From: Patescibacteria group bacterium
GTDB lineage: Bacteria; Patescibacteriota; Patescibacteriia; Magasanikbacterales; GWA2-37-8
Direction of reading: 5' to 3'
Assembly (NCBI GenBank): GCA_028705565.1
Contig: JAQWDH010000001.1
Location: 20,363-84,362 of the forward strand
DNA: 64,000 nt
The first letter of the stretch is position 1. Every line of letters starts with the position of its first letter. This document shows positions 18,642 to 26,765 of the stretch, piece after piece. A program made the translations under genes and the position numbers. The notes beneath the pieces are model-generated. The model was not told the origin of the DNA and searched no databases. It worked only from the letters and a program-made list of their open reading frames with translations.

Positions 18642-20753
18642 ATGATGGTCAAAAAAGAAAAAAAACACATCAAAACCGTGGAAAAAAGAAACGGTGGTTT
18701 GGATAAATTCAATCCGAAAAAAATTTATGACGCGATTTTTAAAGTGCTCACGGCAACTGACGCCGGCGACAGCAAGCTTTCGCGCAAACTTACGCGCGAA
18801 GTCGTGTCTTTGTTAAACCGTCGTTTTAAAAAGAAAGAATCACCGAAGATTGAAGACATACAAGATACTGTGGAAGAAGTTTTGATGCTGAATGATTTGT
18901 TGGATTCCGCGAAGGCGTATATTATTTATCGCGAACAGCATCGCAATATGCGCGAAGCCAAAGTCGCGACAGACGAAGCCATTGATTTGGTCGGGCAGTA
19001 TATCGGCGAGTTGAGTTGGGATGTGAAAGAGAACAGCAACATGACATATTCTTTGCAGGGTTTGAATCATTACGTTTCTTCTTATGTGGTAAAAAAATAT
19101 TGGCTGAATAAAATTTATCCTCCGGAGATTCGCAAGGCCGGACAGGACGGAGATTTTCATTTGCATAATTTGGATATTCTCGGCACATATTGTTGCGGAT
19201 GGGATTTATATGATTTGCTCGCGCGCGGTTTCGGAGGCGTGTCAGGAAAACTTCAATCCAAACCGGCGAGCCATTTGCGTCCGGCTCTTGGACAAGTTGT
19301 AAATTTTTTCTATACCTTGCAAGGAGAATCGGCAGGGGCGCAGGCGCTTTCAAATTTTGATACTTTGCTCGCTCCTTTTATCCGTTATGACAACTTATCT
19401 TACAAAGAAGTAAAACAGGCGTTGCAGGAATTTCTTTTCAATTGCAATGTGCCGACCAGAGTCGGTTTTCAAACGCCGTTCACCAACATTACTTTGGATT
19501 TGAACGTGCCGGGGCATTTGAAAAATTTGCCGGTGCTTAAAAGCGGAAAACCGCAGAAAGAAACATACGGAGAATTTCAAAAAGAAATGGATATTTTGAA
19601 TAAGGCGTTGGCCGAAGTTTATTTGGAAGGAGACGCGGCCGGTCGCGTATTCACTTTTCCGATTCCGACAATAAATATCGGCAAGGATTTTGAATGGGAT
19701 AATCCTAATTATAACGGTATTTGGGAAATGACTGCTAAATACGGCATTCCATATTTCGCCAATTTTATCCATTCTGAAATGAAGCCGGAAGACGCGCGCA
19801 GTATGTGCTGTCGTTTGCGTCTGGATAATCGCGAACTTTATAAACGCGGCGGAGGACTTTTTGGCGCGGCTCCGCTTACGGGCAGTATCGGAGTTGTTAC
19901 GGTTAACTTGCCTCGCATAGGTTATTTGTCAAAAACAAAAAGGGATTTTTTCAACCGTTTGACAAAAATTATGGATTTGGCGAAAGAGTCGCTGGAAATT
20001 AAAAGAAAAATTTTGGAGAATTTTGTTGAAAAAGGACTTTATCCTTATTCCAATTATTATCTCGCCAACGCCAAAAAACAAAGAGGAGTATTTTGGGGCA
20101 ATCATTTTTCCACAATCGGACTTATCGGAATGAATGAGGCGCTTTTGAATTTTTTGGGGAAAGACATCTCCACGAAAGAGGGGGTGATGTTCGCTTCGGA
20201 GGTTTTGGATTTTATGCGCGACCGATTGGTAAAATATCAAAAAGAAACAGGCAGTCTTTATAATTTGGAAGCGACTCCCGCTGAAGGCACTTCGTATCGT
20301 TTGGCTTTGAAAGATAAACAAAAGTATAAAGATATAATCACGTCCGGCGAAGCAGAACCGTTTTACACAAATTCAACGCAATTGCCGGTTGATTTTACAG
20401 AAGATTTGTTCGCGGCTTTAAAATTACAGGATGATTTGCAAGTAAAATATACCGGCGGAACCGTGTTTCACGCTTTCATCGGAGAAAAATTGGTTGACAC
20501 GAATTCCGTAAAAAGTTTAGTGAGGAAAGTTTTTGAAAAATTCCGTTTGCCTTATTTTACTTTAACTCCGACTTTCAGCGTTTGTCCCGTGCACGGATAT
20601 ATCGCAGGCGAACATCATAATTGTCCGTTGTGTCCGAACGCCCAGCCGTGTGAAGTGTATTCACGCATCGTCGGTTATATTCGTCCCGTAAGCCAGTGGC
20701 ATAGGGGCAAGCAGGAAGAATTTAAGATGAGAAAAACATTCGCGCCGTGTTGA
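18642..20753 (+). CDS. nrdD: Anaerobic (class III) ribonucleoside-triphosphate reductase
   Basis: ATP-cone, RSMCCRL, NLEATPAEG, CPVHGY..CP.C Zn site, glycyl radical YSRIVGYIRP. Confidence 0.95.
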   Translation: MMVKKEKKHIKTVEKRNGGLDKFNPKKIYDAIFKVLTATDAGDSKLSRKLTREVVSLLNRRFKKKESPKIEDIQDTVEEVLMLNDLLDSAKAYIIYREQHRNMREAKVATDEAIDLVGQYIGELSWDVKENSNMTYSLQGLNHYVSSYVVKKYWLNKIYPPEIRKAGQDGDFHLHNLDILGTYCCGWDLYDLLARGFGGVSGKLQSKPASHLRPALGQVVNFFYTLQGESAGAQALSNFDTLLAPFIRYDNLSYKEVKQALQEFLFNCNVPTRVGFQTPFTNITLDLNVPGHLKNLPVLKSGKPQKETYGEFQKEMDILNKALAEVYLEGDAAGRVFTFPIPTINIGKDFEWDNPNYNGIWEMTAKYGIPYFANFIHSEMKPEDARSMCCRLRLDNRELYKRGGGLFGAAPLTGSIGVVTVNLPRIGYLSKTKRDFFNRLTKIMDLAKESLEIKRKILENFVEKGLYPYSNYYLANAKKQRGVFWGNHFSTIGLIGMNEALLNFLGKDISTKEGVMFASEVLDFMRDRLVKYQKETGSLYNLEATPAEGTSYRLALKDKQKYKDIITSGEAEPFYTNSTQLPVDFTEDLFAALKLQDDLQVKYTGGTVFHAFIGEKLVDTNSVKSLVRKVFEKFRLPYFTLTPTFSVCPVHGYIAGEHHNCPLCPNAQPCEVYSRIVGYIRPVSQWHRGKQEEFKMRKTFAPC

Positions 20754-20786
20754 AAGGGGCGGGCAGGATTAGTATGGATCTCTGTT

Positions 20787-20851
20787 GTCATTCCCGCGAA
20801 AGTGGGAATCCATTTGCGATTGTTTGGATCCCCGTTTTCACGGGGATGACA
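20787..20851. repeat. REP-like palindrome
   Basis: GTCATTCCCGCGAAAGTGGGAATCCA ... TGGATCCCCGTTTTCACGGGGATGAC. Confidence 0.8.
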
Positions 20852-20914
20852 ATTGCGATCGTCCGAATCCCGACATGGTCGGAATGGCGACACATTACTT
20901 ATTAATTTCGTTTT

Positions 20915-21616
20915 ATGCTTATCGGCGGGTTGGAAAAATTAACCCTGATTGACTATCCCGGGAAAGTCGCGGCTACGGTTTTTACTTCAGGCTGTAATTT
21001 TCGCTGTCCGTTTTGCCACAATCCGCGTTTAACGACAATTTCGGAATTTGAATCGCCGGCTTTTTCCGAAAAAGAAGTTTTGGATTATTTGAACACGAAC
21101 AAAGATTATTTGGAGGGCGTGTGCGTTACGGGAGGGGAGCCGTCTTTGCAGGCGGATTTAAAAAAATTTTTGGCTGAAATAAAATCGCTCGGGCTTTTGG
21201 TAAAATTGGACACGAATGGAAGCAATCCGGAAGTTTTGGAAAATTTATTGGCGGAAAGATTGGTGGATTATATCGCCATGGATGTGAAGTCGCCTTTGGA
21301 AGAAGAAGCGTATAATTATTTTTTACCCGGTTTGAATTTTGAAAATATCGCGCGTTCGGTGGATATTATTAAAAATTCAGGCGTGGATTATGAATTTCGC
21401 ACCACGGTTTTTCCGTTGTTGGCGGAAGAAGACATCTTGGAAATCGCCGAATCGCTCGCCGGTTCGCGCGCTTATTATCTCCAACGTTTTTCCGATGAAA
21501 ATGAATTGATGGACGAAGGGTTGAGAGGTAAAAAATATTTGCAAAGGGAAGATTTGGAAAATATCTGTGAAAAAATAAAAGACAAGTTTGATTATTGCGG
21601 AGTGAGAAACGGATAA
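20915..21616 (+). CDS. nrdG: Anaerobic RNR activating radical SAM protein
   Basis: GCNFRCPFCHN, VTGGEP, LDTNGS, YEFRTT; follows nrdD. Confidence 0.93.
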   Translation: MLIGGLEKLTLIDYPGKVAATVFTSGCNFRCPFCHNPRLTTISEFESPAFSEKEVLDYLNTNKDYLEGVCVTGGEPSLQADLKKFLAEIKSLGLLVKLDTNGSNPEVLENLLAERLVDYIAMDVKSPLEEEAYNYFLPGLNFENIARSVDIIKNSGVDYEFRTTVFPLLAEEDILEIAESLAGSRAYYLQRFSDENELMDEGLRGKKYLQREDLENICEKIKDKFDYCGVRNG

Positions 21617-21632
21617 AACAAAAAAAACGAGT

Positions 21633-21682
21633 AAAAAAAGAACCCACCCTCGGCGATTATGTTTAAATCGTCAAGAGTGGGT
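21633..21682 (-). terminator. Intrinsic terminator of the csx3/hammerhead unit
   Basis: Minus strand ACCCACTCTTGACGATT...AATCGCCGAGGGTGGGT followed by TCTTTTTTT. Confidence 0.7.
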
Positions 21683-21686
21683 GTAT

Positions 21687-21727
21687 TGGGTCAAACAATT
21701 CTTTTGGATGGCCTTGTTTGACACGAC
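21687..21727 (-). repeat. Conserved hairpin repeat, copy 3
   Basis: Plus strand TGGGTCAAACAATTC-TTTTGG-ATGGCCTTGTTTGACACGAC. Confidence 0.85.
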
Positions 21728-21736
21728 TATTTTTTT

Positions 21737-21880
21737 TTATTTTTTCTCTTCTTCTTCTTCTTCTACATCCTCTTCGTCTTCTTCTACTACTACTACTACT
21801 TTTCTTTCTTCTTCAATTTTCTCCAGCTCTCTTTCGAGAGCTTTTTCCCATTCTTTAAAATCATAATATTCTTCACTCAT
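21737..21880 (-). CDS. 47-aa very acidic small protein
   Basis: MSEEYYDFKEWEKALERELEKIEEERKVVVVVEEDEEDVEEEEEEKK; hairpin and AAGGA SD upstream of ATG at 21880. Confidence 0.6.
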   Translation of the reverse strand: MSEEYYDFKEWEKALERELEKIEEERKVVVVVEEDEEDVEEEEEEKK

Positions 21881-21894
21881 CTCTTTTTTTTCCT

Positions 21895-21959
21895 TTCCGC
21901 TTTTAAAGCGGATTTGTTGTTGGGTCAAACAATTCCTTGGGATGGCCTTGTTTGACGCG
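21895..21959 (-). repeat. Conserved hairpin repeat, copy 2, with TCCGCTTT/AAAGCGGA pre-SD hairpin
   Basis: TTCCGCTTTTAAAGCGGA-TTTGTTGT-TGGGTCAAACAATTC-CTTGGG-ATGGCCTTGTTTGACGCG. Confidence 0.85.
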
Positions 21960-21980
21960 GTTAAGAACAATGGATGGTTA

Positions 21981-22238
21981 TTATATTAAAGAAAGAGATC
22001 TTTTGATTTTATGCATCCTTTGTTCTATAATATGACGTATTATCTTCTCTGTTATTTTTATATTGTCCATATCAGGAAACGGGGGTGTATGCCCCGCTAT
22101 AATAGACATACAATATAGGTCTATTATAGTATATATAAAATTTTTTTCGTCCTCCTTTTCTTGTGAAAAAAAATTTTTATATTCATTACACTTTTGTTTC
22201 CCCTCCTCCCTGTTTTTTTTGTTATGGTTTTTTCTCAT
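21981..22238 (-). CDS. Hypothetical 85-aa protein
   Basis: Purine-rich SD (GAGGAAGG) upstream of ATG; bracketed by the repeats. Confidence 0.6.
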   Translation of the reverse strand: MRKNHNKKNREEGKQKCNEYKNFFSQEKEDEKNFIYTIIDLYCMSIIAGHTPPFPDMDNIKITEKIIRHIIEQRMHKIKRSLSLI

Positions 22239-22250
22239 CCTTCCTCTCTC

Positions 22251-22318
22251 TTCCGCTTTTAAATAAAGCGGATTGGTTGTGGGTCAAACAATTCCAGTAT
22301 GGCCTTGTTTGACGCGAC
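22251..22318 (-). repeat. Conserved hairpin repeat, copy 1, with pre-SD hairpin
   Basis: TTCCGCTTTTAAATAAAGCGGA-TTGGTTG-TGGGTCAAACAATTC-CAGT-ATGGCCTTGTTTGACGCGAC. Confidence 0.85.
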
Positions 22319-22371
22319 AATAAAATCCCGAATAATATCGGGAGTAACATTTTTAAATTTTCAAAGTTCTT

Positions 22372-22422
22372 CTGTTTTCGTCCTTTCGGACTCATCAGTC
22401 CAGATACACATCTGGAGAACAG
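22372..22422 (-). ncRNA. Type III hammerhead ribozyme
   Basis: Minus strand CUGUUC | UCCAGAU-GUGU-AUCUGGA CUGAUGA GUCC-GAAA-GGAC GAA AACAG: full core, three perfect stems, NUH=UUC. Confidence 0.92.
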
Positions 22423-22593
22423 GGGGAAGTTTTTTTAGAGAACTTCCGAAACTCTTTTATTTTTTTGAGGCTCTGCTTCCTCGGGGCTCTCCATTTGCTT
22501 AAGGCGCAAACGGGGACAAAAACCTTTTACCCATATTTTGACGCTGGTGGATTTTCCAGCAACTCACTTATGTGAGGATTGTGCGACTACCGG

Positions 22594-22896
22594 CTAGTCG
22601 ATCAGGTCCCCGACAGTGTACTTGTCACCGTGGGCGATCGCCACGACATACTTTGATAGCTTCGGGTCAAAGCATGCCACCGCCTGGTAGCGGTGTGCCA
22701 GCTTGTGTGCCAGCACCATCGCTACCGGCAGTGAAGCCGGACCATTAATCCGGATCACTTCGCCGCCGAGTTCTCCAAGCTTGGCCATTTCGTCTAGACG
22801 CGCTTCGGCGTCCTTGACGATCTGGTCGTTCTGGGCCGGCGAACCGAACCCGATTTTCAGCGTGCCCTCGGTGAGGACGATGTTGTATGTACTCAT
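22594..22896 (-). CDS. csx3: Csx3/Crn3-family ring nuclease-like protein
   Basis: 100 aa; LKIGFG.PAQNDQIV.DA...L, RINGPASLPVAMVLAHKLAH, AVACFDPKL.KYVV.IAHG..Y.VGDLI resemble Csx3 as recalled. Confidence 0.8.
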   Translation of the reverse strand: MSTYNIVLTEGTLKIGFGSPAQNDQIVKDAEARLDEMAKLGELGGEVIRINGPASLPVAMVLAHKLAHRYQAVACFDPKLSKYVVAIAHGDKYTVGDLID

Positions 22897-22975
22897 TGCA
22901 ATTCTCCTTTGCCGTTTTTTTCACCATTAAACGGCATTTTTTATTTTTTTTCACCAGTAGTGGTCTGATAAAATA

Positions 22976-23560
22976 TTATGTTTTTTTGGTAAGCTCGACG
23001 AGAAAACTCGCGAGCACTTTTATTAGCGGTCTTTCGGCAATCTTTTCACCTCTTTCGAGGTGATGAACTGATCCCCGAAGGATTCCGTCTTGGGCAACGC
23101 CCTCAACTTTATCCTCCGTCCCGTGATAATCCGAATGAATCTCGGCAATCACGGTCAGACCACCGACTTTCTTGGCGAATTCGCGCCACTCCGGCATCTT
23201 GCTGGTGTCGCCAGCGAGGATAACCATGTGAGTGGCCCCCGAGCAGATTTTTTCATTTTCAACAGAGGTTATACCTCCAATATCAACGAGCGTCAGCTCG
23301 AGCGAGCACTTCTCGACCGAAGTCTTGATGCGCTCTACAAATTCCGGCGTGAATTTAGCTTTATAGACCGCCTTACACGCCGCCGCGAGTTCCGGATTTT
23401 GGTTCACAGTTTCCTGGAACCAGGCCCCTTCGCCGTCCGGACAAGCCGTGATGACATAGGGGTAGGGGGCTCCGGGGATTGCGCGGATGGCCTGTTTCAG
23501 CCCCTCGCGCATGCAACTCTTACCGGACCTTGGCGGACCGGCGAGAACAACTTTTATCAT
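22976..23560 (-). CDS. P-loop NTPase of the type associated with Csx3
   Basis: Walker A GPPRSGKS, ACPDGEG.W, LVDIGG; cotranscribed with csx3. Confidence 0.75.
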   Translation of the reverse strand: MIKVVLAGPPRSGKSCMREGLKQAIRAIPGAPYPYVITACPDGEGAWFQETVNQNPELAAACKAVYKAKFTPEFVERIKTSVEKCSLELTLVDIGGITSVENEKICSGATHMVILAGDTSKMPEWREFAKKVGGLTVIAEIHSDYHGTEDKVEGVAQDGILRGSVHHLERGEKIAERPLIKVLASFLVELTKKT

Positions 23561-23680
23561 TTTTTCTCTCCTTTCCGTTTCGCCATTGGCCGGCGATCGC
23601 CAGAAATCGTATTTTGCGACCTCTCACGAATTGGTTTGTTAATAACCCTCTCGTGATAGGTCGCAGACTTAAATATAAAT

Positions 23681-23726
23681 TTTTCAAAGAACACTCAATT
23701 ATAGCATATTTTGGCGATTTTGTCAA
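23681..23726 (-). promoter_or_regulatory. Consensus sigma70 promoter plus boxA
   Basis: TTGACA(23726-23721)-17 bp-TATAAT(23703-23698), then TGTTCTTTGAAAA. Confidence 0.85.
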
Positions 23727-23847
23727 GGGTTTGGTTTGGCTAAAATTAGCCAAAAAGAAAAAACCCACCAAATGCGATGAGTTGAACATTTAGACTGTTT
23801 TGGGCTTAAATGGTTTAGTACAAGCCCAACCATCCGATTTATTTTTG

Positions 23848-23929
23848 TGCCCGGAGCCGGAATCGAACCGGCACGGATTGCTCCATTGGATTTTAAGTCC
23901 AACGCGTCTACCAGTTCCGCCATCCGGGC
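23848..23929 (-). tRNA. tRNA-Leu(TAA)
   Basis: GCCCGGA...TTGGA-CTTAAAA-TCCAA...GGTTCGATTCC...TCCGGGCA, long variable arm. Confidence 0.95.
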
Positions 23930-24033
23930 ATTTTCTTGATAAATTTATATCATAAATAAAAAATGAAATCAAGTTTTTGTATTAAAAAAGGCGGAGAATG
24001 GCGTCCGCCGGATATTTTTCGTAAATTCAGGTT

Positions 24034-24228
24034 TTAGTTTTTTTTAATTTCCTTCCCGCATTTAGTGCAGTATTTTTCGTGCGGAAATATTAAAGAGCCG
24101 CATATACATTTAGGGTCGGGTGTCTCCCCGAGTTTTTTTCCGCACTGATCACAATAACTGTCAGAAAACAAAAATTTTTCATTTTCTTTATTTCTTTTGC
24201 ATTCTGTATTTTCGCATACTTTTGCCAT
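24034..24228 (-). CDS. Small double zinc-ribbon protein
   Basis: CENTEC, CDQCG, CICG, CTKCG; own TTGACA-17-TATACT promoter, boxA and GGAG SD. Confidence 0.75.
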   Translation of the reverse strand: MAKVCENTECKRNKENEKFLFSDSYCDQCGKKLGETPDPKCICGSLIFPHEKYCTKCGKEIKKN

Positions 24229-24341
24229 TATACTTCTCCTTTTAAAGAACTAAACTTAAAAAAAGTATATATAATTTTTATTTTTTTGTCAATGCGCGTT
24301 GCGCGCGTGTAAGTAGTTGTTTTTTTTGGTATAATAGAATT

Positions 24342-26138
24342 ATGGCAATGAATGGAAAATTTATCAGAGGATTCGCGTTACTGGAGGTGGTAGTCGCCAC
24401 AGCCGTATTTTTATTGTTCGCGCTCGGTGTCTATGGAGGAACCCAGCTTATATTTAAAATCGTTTATCAATCGCGCATGCGAATTTTGGAAACTTCAATT
24501 TTAAGCGAGGAATTGGAAGTGGTTAGAAACTTAAAATTTGACGAAGTCGGCGTTGTCGGCGGAATACCGGACGGAGTTTTAGAGCATGAAAAAACCGTCA
24601 CGCGCAACAATACGATTTTCAATATTACAACCACGGTTCGCAATATTGACGACCCGTTTGACGGCATCATCGGCGGAACTCCGAATGATACCGCGCCGGC
24701 GGATTATAAATTGGCGGAGATGTCCATAATTTGTTCCAACTGCAATCAGCAAGAGCCGGTGATTTTAAGCACGCTTGTGTCCCCGAAAAATTTTGAAGGT
24801 GAAAGCGACAACGGCGCTCTCTTCGTTCATGTTTTTGATATGAACGGGTTGCCTGTAGTCGGAGCGAACATTCATATAGAAAACACGAACGCTGAGCCGG
24901 ATATTATTATCAATGAAGTGACGGACAATGACGGAATGTTGCGCGTGATAGATACGCCCACCGGCACTTTCAGCTATAATATCACCGTGAGCAAATCCGG
25001 ATATTCAAGCGATTACACAATTTCTCCGACATCGCAAAATCCGTATCCGACCAAATTGCCTTCCACCGTGGCAAGCCAATACATTACTGAAATTAATTTT
25101 TCCATTGATCATACGGGCAATATGCTTGTAAAAACTTTAAGCCCGTCGTGTTCAGCTTTGGCGAGCAAAACTTTCAGCATCTACGGCAATAAAATAATAG
25201 GCGTTGACCCGACAATTTATAAATTTGACGGTTCGCATATTACAGACGGTTCTGGCGAGAAAAATTTTGTCAACATGGAATGGGACCATTATTATTTAAG
25301 CGCGTCCGGCACGGCTTACGACCTCGCCGGTTCAATACCTATGTCGCCGGTACATTTAACTCCCGGTTTAAGCCAAGATGTTTCTTTAATTTTGCGCGCT
25401 CACACAGACAACTCGCTTTTGGTAAAAGTAAAGGATGCCGGAACCGGTCTGCCGCTTTCAGATGTTTTCGCGCGTTTAACAGGAACCGGATATGACGAAA
25501 GTTTATCAACGGATTTGGGTTATACTCGCCAGACAGATTGGTCAGGTGGAGGAGGGCAAAGCGATTTTATAAATGAAAATCAATATTTCATAGACAATGG
25601 AAATTTGGAAACCGATTCTCCGGATGGAGATTTAAAATTAAAAAAAGTAAGCTCGCGGTATTTAACGAGCGGCTGGCTTGAGTCGTCAACTTTTGATTTG
25701 GGAGCCGGCGTTAATTTTCGCAATATAATTTGGGAGCCGCTTGCTCAGCCGGAAGACACGGGAGTCAATTCCATTCTTTTTCAAATCGCGACTGACAACT
25801 CTCCGAATCCGGCATCGTGGGAATTTATCGGTCCGGATGGCGCTTCCACCACTTTCTACACCACGACTTCCACTTTAATTTATAACGGTCATAACGGCAG
25901 AAGGTATATGCGTTACCGAGTTTATTTAAGCACGGAAGACGACAGATACACGCCGATGTTGTCAGAAGCCGCGTTCACTTTTACGAACAATTGCACTCCT
26001 CCGGGTCAAGTTTTTTTCTACGGTTTTTCATCAGGAAATTATAATTTGGAAGTAAGCCGTTCTGGTTACAGTTCAAGCAGCGGACCGTTGGATATTTCCG
26101 GAAATATGGATGTGGTCGTTAATTTATCGCCGAGCTAG
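24342..26138 (+). CDS. Prepilin-type N-terminal cleavage domain protein with carboxypeptidase-regulatory-like repeats
   Basis: RGFALLEVVVA type IV pilin leader; beta-sandwich repeats. Confidence 0.8.
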   Translation: MAMNGKFIRGFALLEVVVATAVFLLFALGVYGGTQLIFKIVYQSRMRILETSILSEELEVVRNLKFDEVGVVGGIPDGVLEHEKTVTRNNTIFNITTTVRNIDDPFDGIIGGTPNDTAPADYKLAEMSIICSNCNQQEPVILSTLVSPKNFEGESDNGALFVHVFDMNGLPVVGANIHIENTNAEPDIIINEVTDNDGMLRVIDTPTGTFSYNITVSKSGYSSDYTISPTSQNPYPTKLPSTVASQYITEINFSIDHTGNMLVKTLSPSCSALASKTFSIYGNKIIGVDPTIYKFDGSHITDGSGEKNFVNMEWDHYYLSASGTAYDLAGSIPMSPVHLTPGLSQDVSLILRAHTDNSLLVKVKDAGTGLPLSDVFARLTGTGYDESLSTDLGYTRQTDWSGGGGQSDFINENQYFIDNGNLETDSPDGDLKLKKVSSRYLTSGWLESSTFDLGAGVNFRNIIWEPLAQPEDTGVNSILFQIATDNSPNPASWEFIGPDGASTTFYTTTSTLIYNGHNGRRYMRYRVYLSTEDDRYTPMLSEAAFTFTNNCTPPGQVFFYGFSSGNYNLEVSRSGYSSSSGPLDISGNMDVVVNLSPS

Positions 26139-26150
26139 TAGAATAGTATT

Positions 26151-26759
26151 ATGAATTTTGAATTTAATAAAAAAGGTTTTACGATTTTGGAGGCCATCGT
26201 GGCTGTCGCTATTTTCGCTTTGTTGGCGATAGCGATAATATCTCTTTATCTTTTCAGCGATTATTCAAAAAATGTCGTTTGGGAACAATTATCAACTCAA
26301 AATGAAGGCAGAAAAACCGCGCAGGATTTTGGGAACGAATTGCGCACCGCAAAAATTTCCGGCGTTGGAGCGTATCCTTTGGAATCGGCCGCGAGCCAGC
26401 AAATAATTTTTTATTCCGATATTGACGCTGACGGTTTGGCTGAGAGAGTCAGATATTTTAAAGATGCAACAAATTTTAAAAAAGGAGTGATTGAGCCGAG
26501 CGGGTCTCCTATTTCGTACAATCCGGCAAATGAAGCGGTAACAATAATCGCGCATGATGTTGCCAATGGAAGCGACCCTGTTTTTTATTATTATAATGAA
26601 AACTTTAGCGGCTCGGAAGAACCGCTTGCCCAGCCGATCAATGTGACACAAGTGAGAGTGGTAAAAATTTCATTGATTTTGGAAGAAGACCCGAATATGT
26701 CGCCCGTGCCTTTCCGCATTGAAGCGAAAACGATGATTAGAAATTTGAAAGGGAATTAA
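26151..26759 (+). CDS. Minor pilin/pseudopilin (PilW/GspJ-like)
   Basis: KGFTILEAIVA leader. Confidence 0.85.
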   Translation: MNFEFNKKGFTILEAIVAVAIFALLAIAIISLYLFSDYSKNVVWEQLSTQNEGRKTAQDFGNELRTAKISGVGAYPLESAASQQIIFYSDIDADGLAERVRYFKDATNFKKGVIEPSGSPISYNPANEAVTIIAHDVANGSDPVFYYYNENFSGSEEPLAQPINVTQVRVVKISLILEEDPNMSPVPFRIEAKTMIRNLKGN

Positions 26760-26765
26760 ATAATT

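Noticed and set aside
21687-22318. CRISPR array next to csx3
   Set aside because: Only three imperfect repeats, with intervals of roughly 190 and 320 bp containing ORFs; no GAAAC-type end and no cas genes.
23090-23656. 188-aa plus-strand ORF
   Set aside because: Antisense shadow of the GC-rich ATPase gene; no motifs.
21616-23929. Integrative element at tRNA-Leu(TAA)
   Set aside because: No integrase, and I found no duplicated tRNA 3' end at the far boundary.
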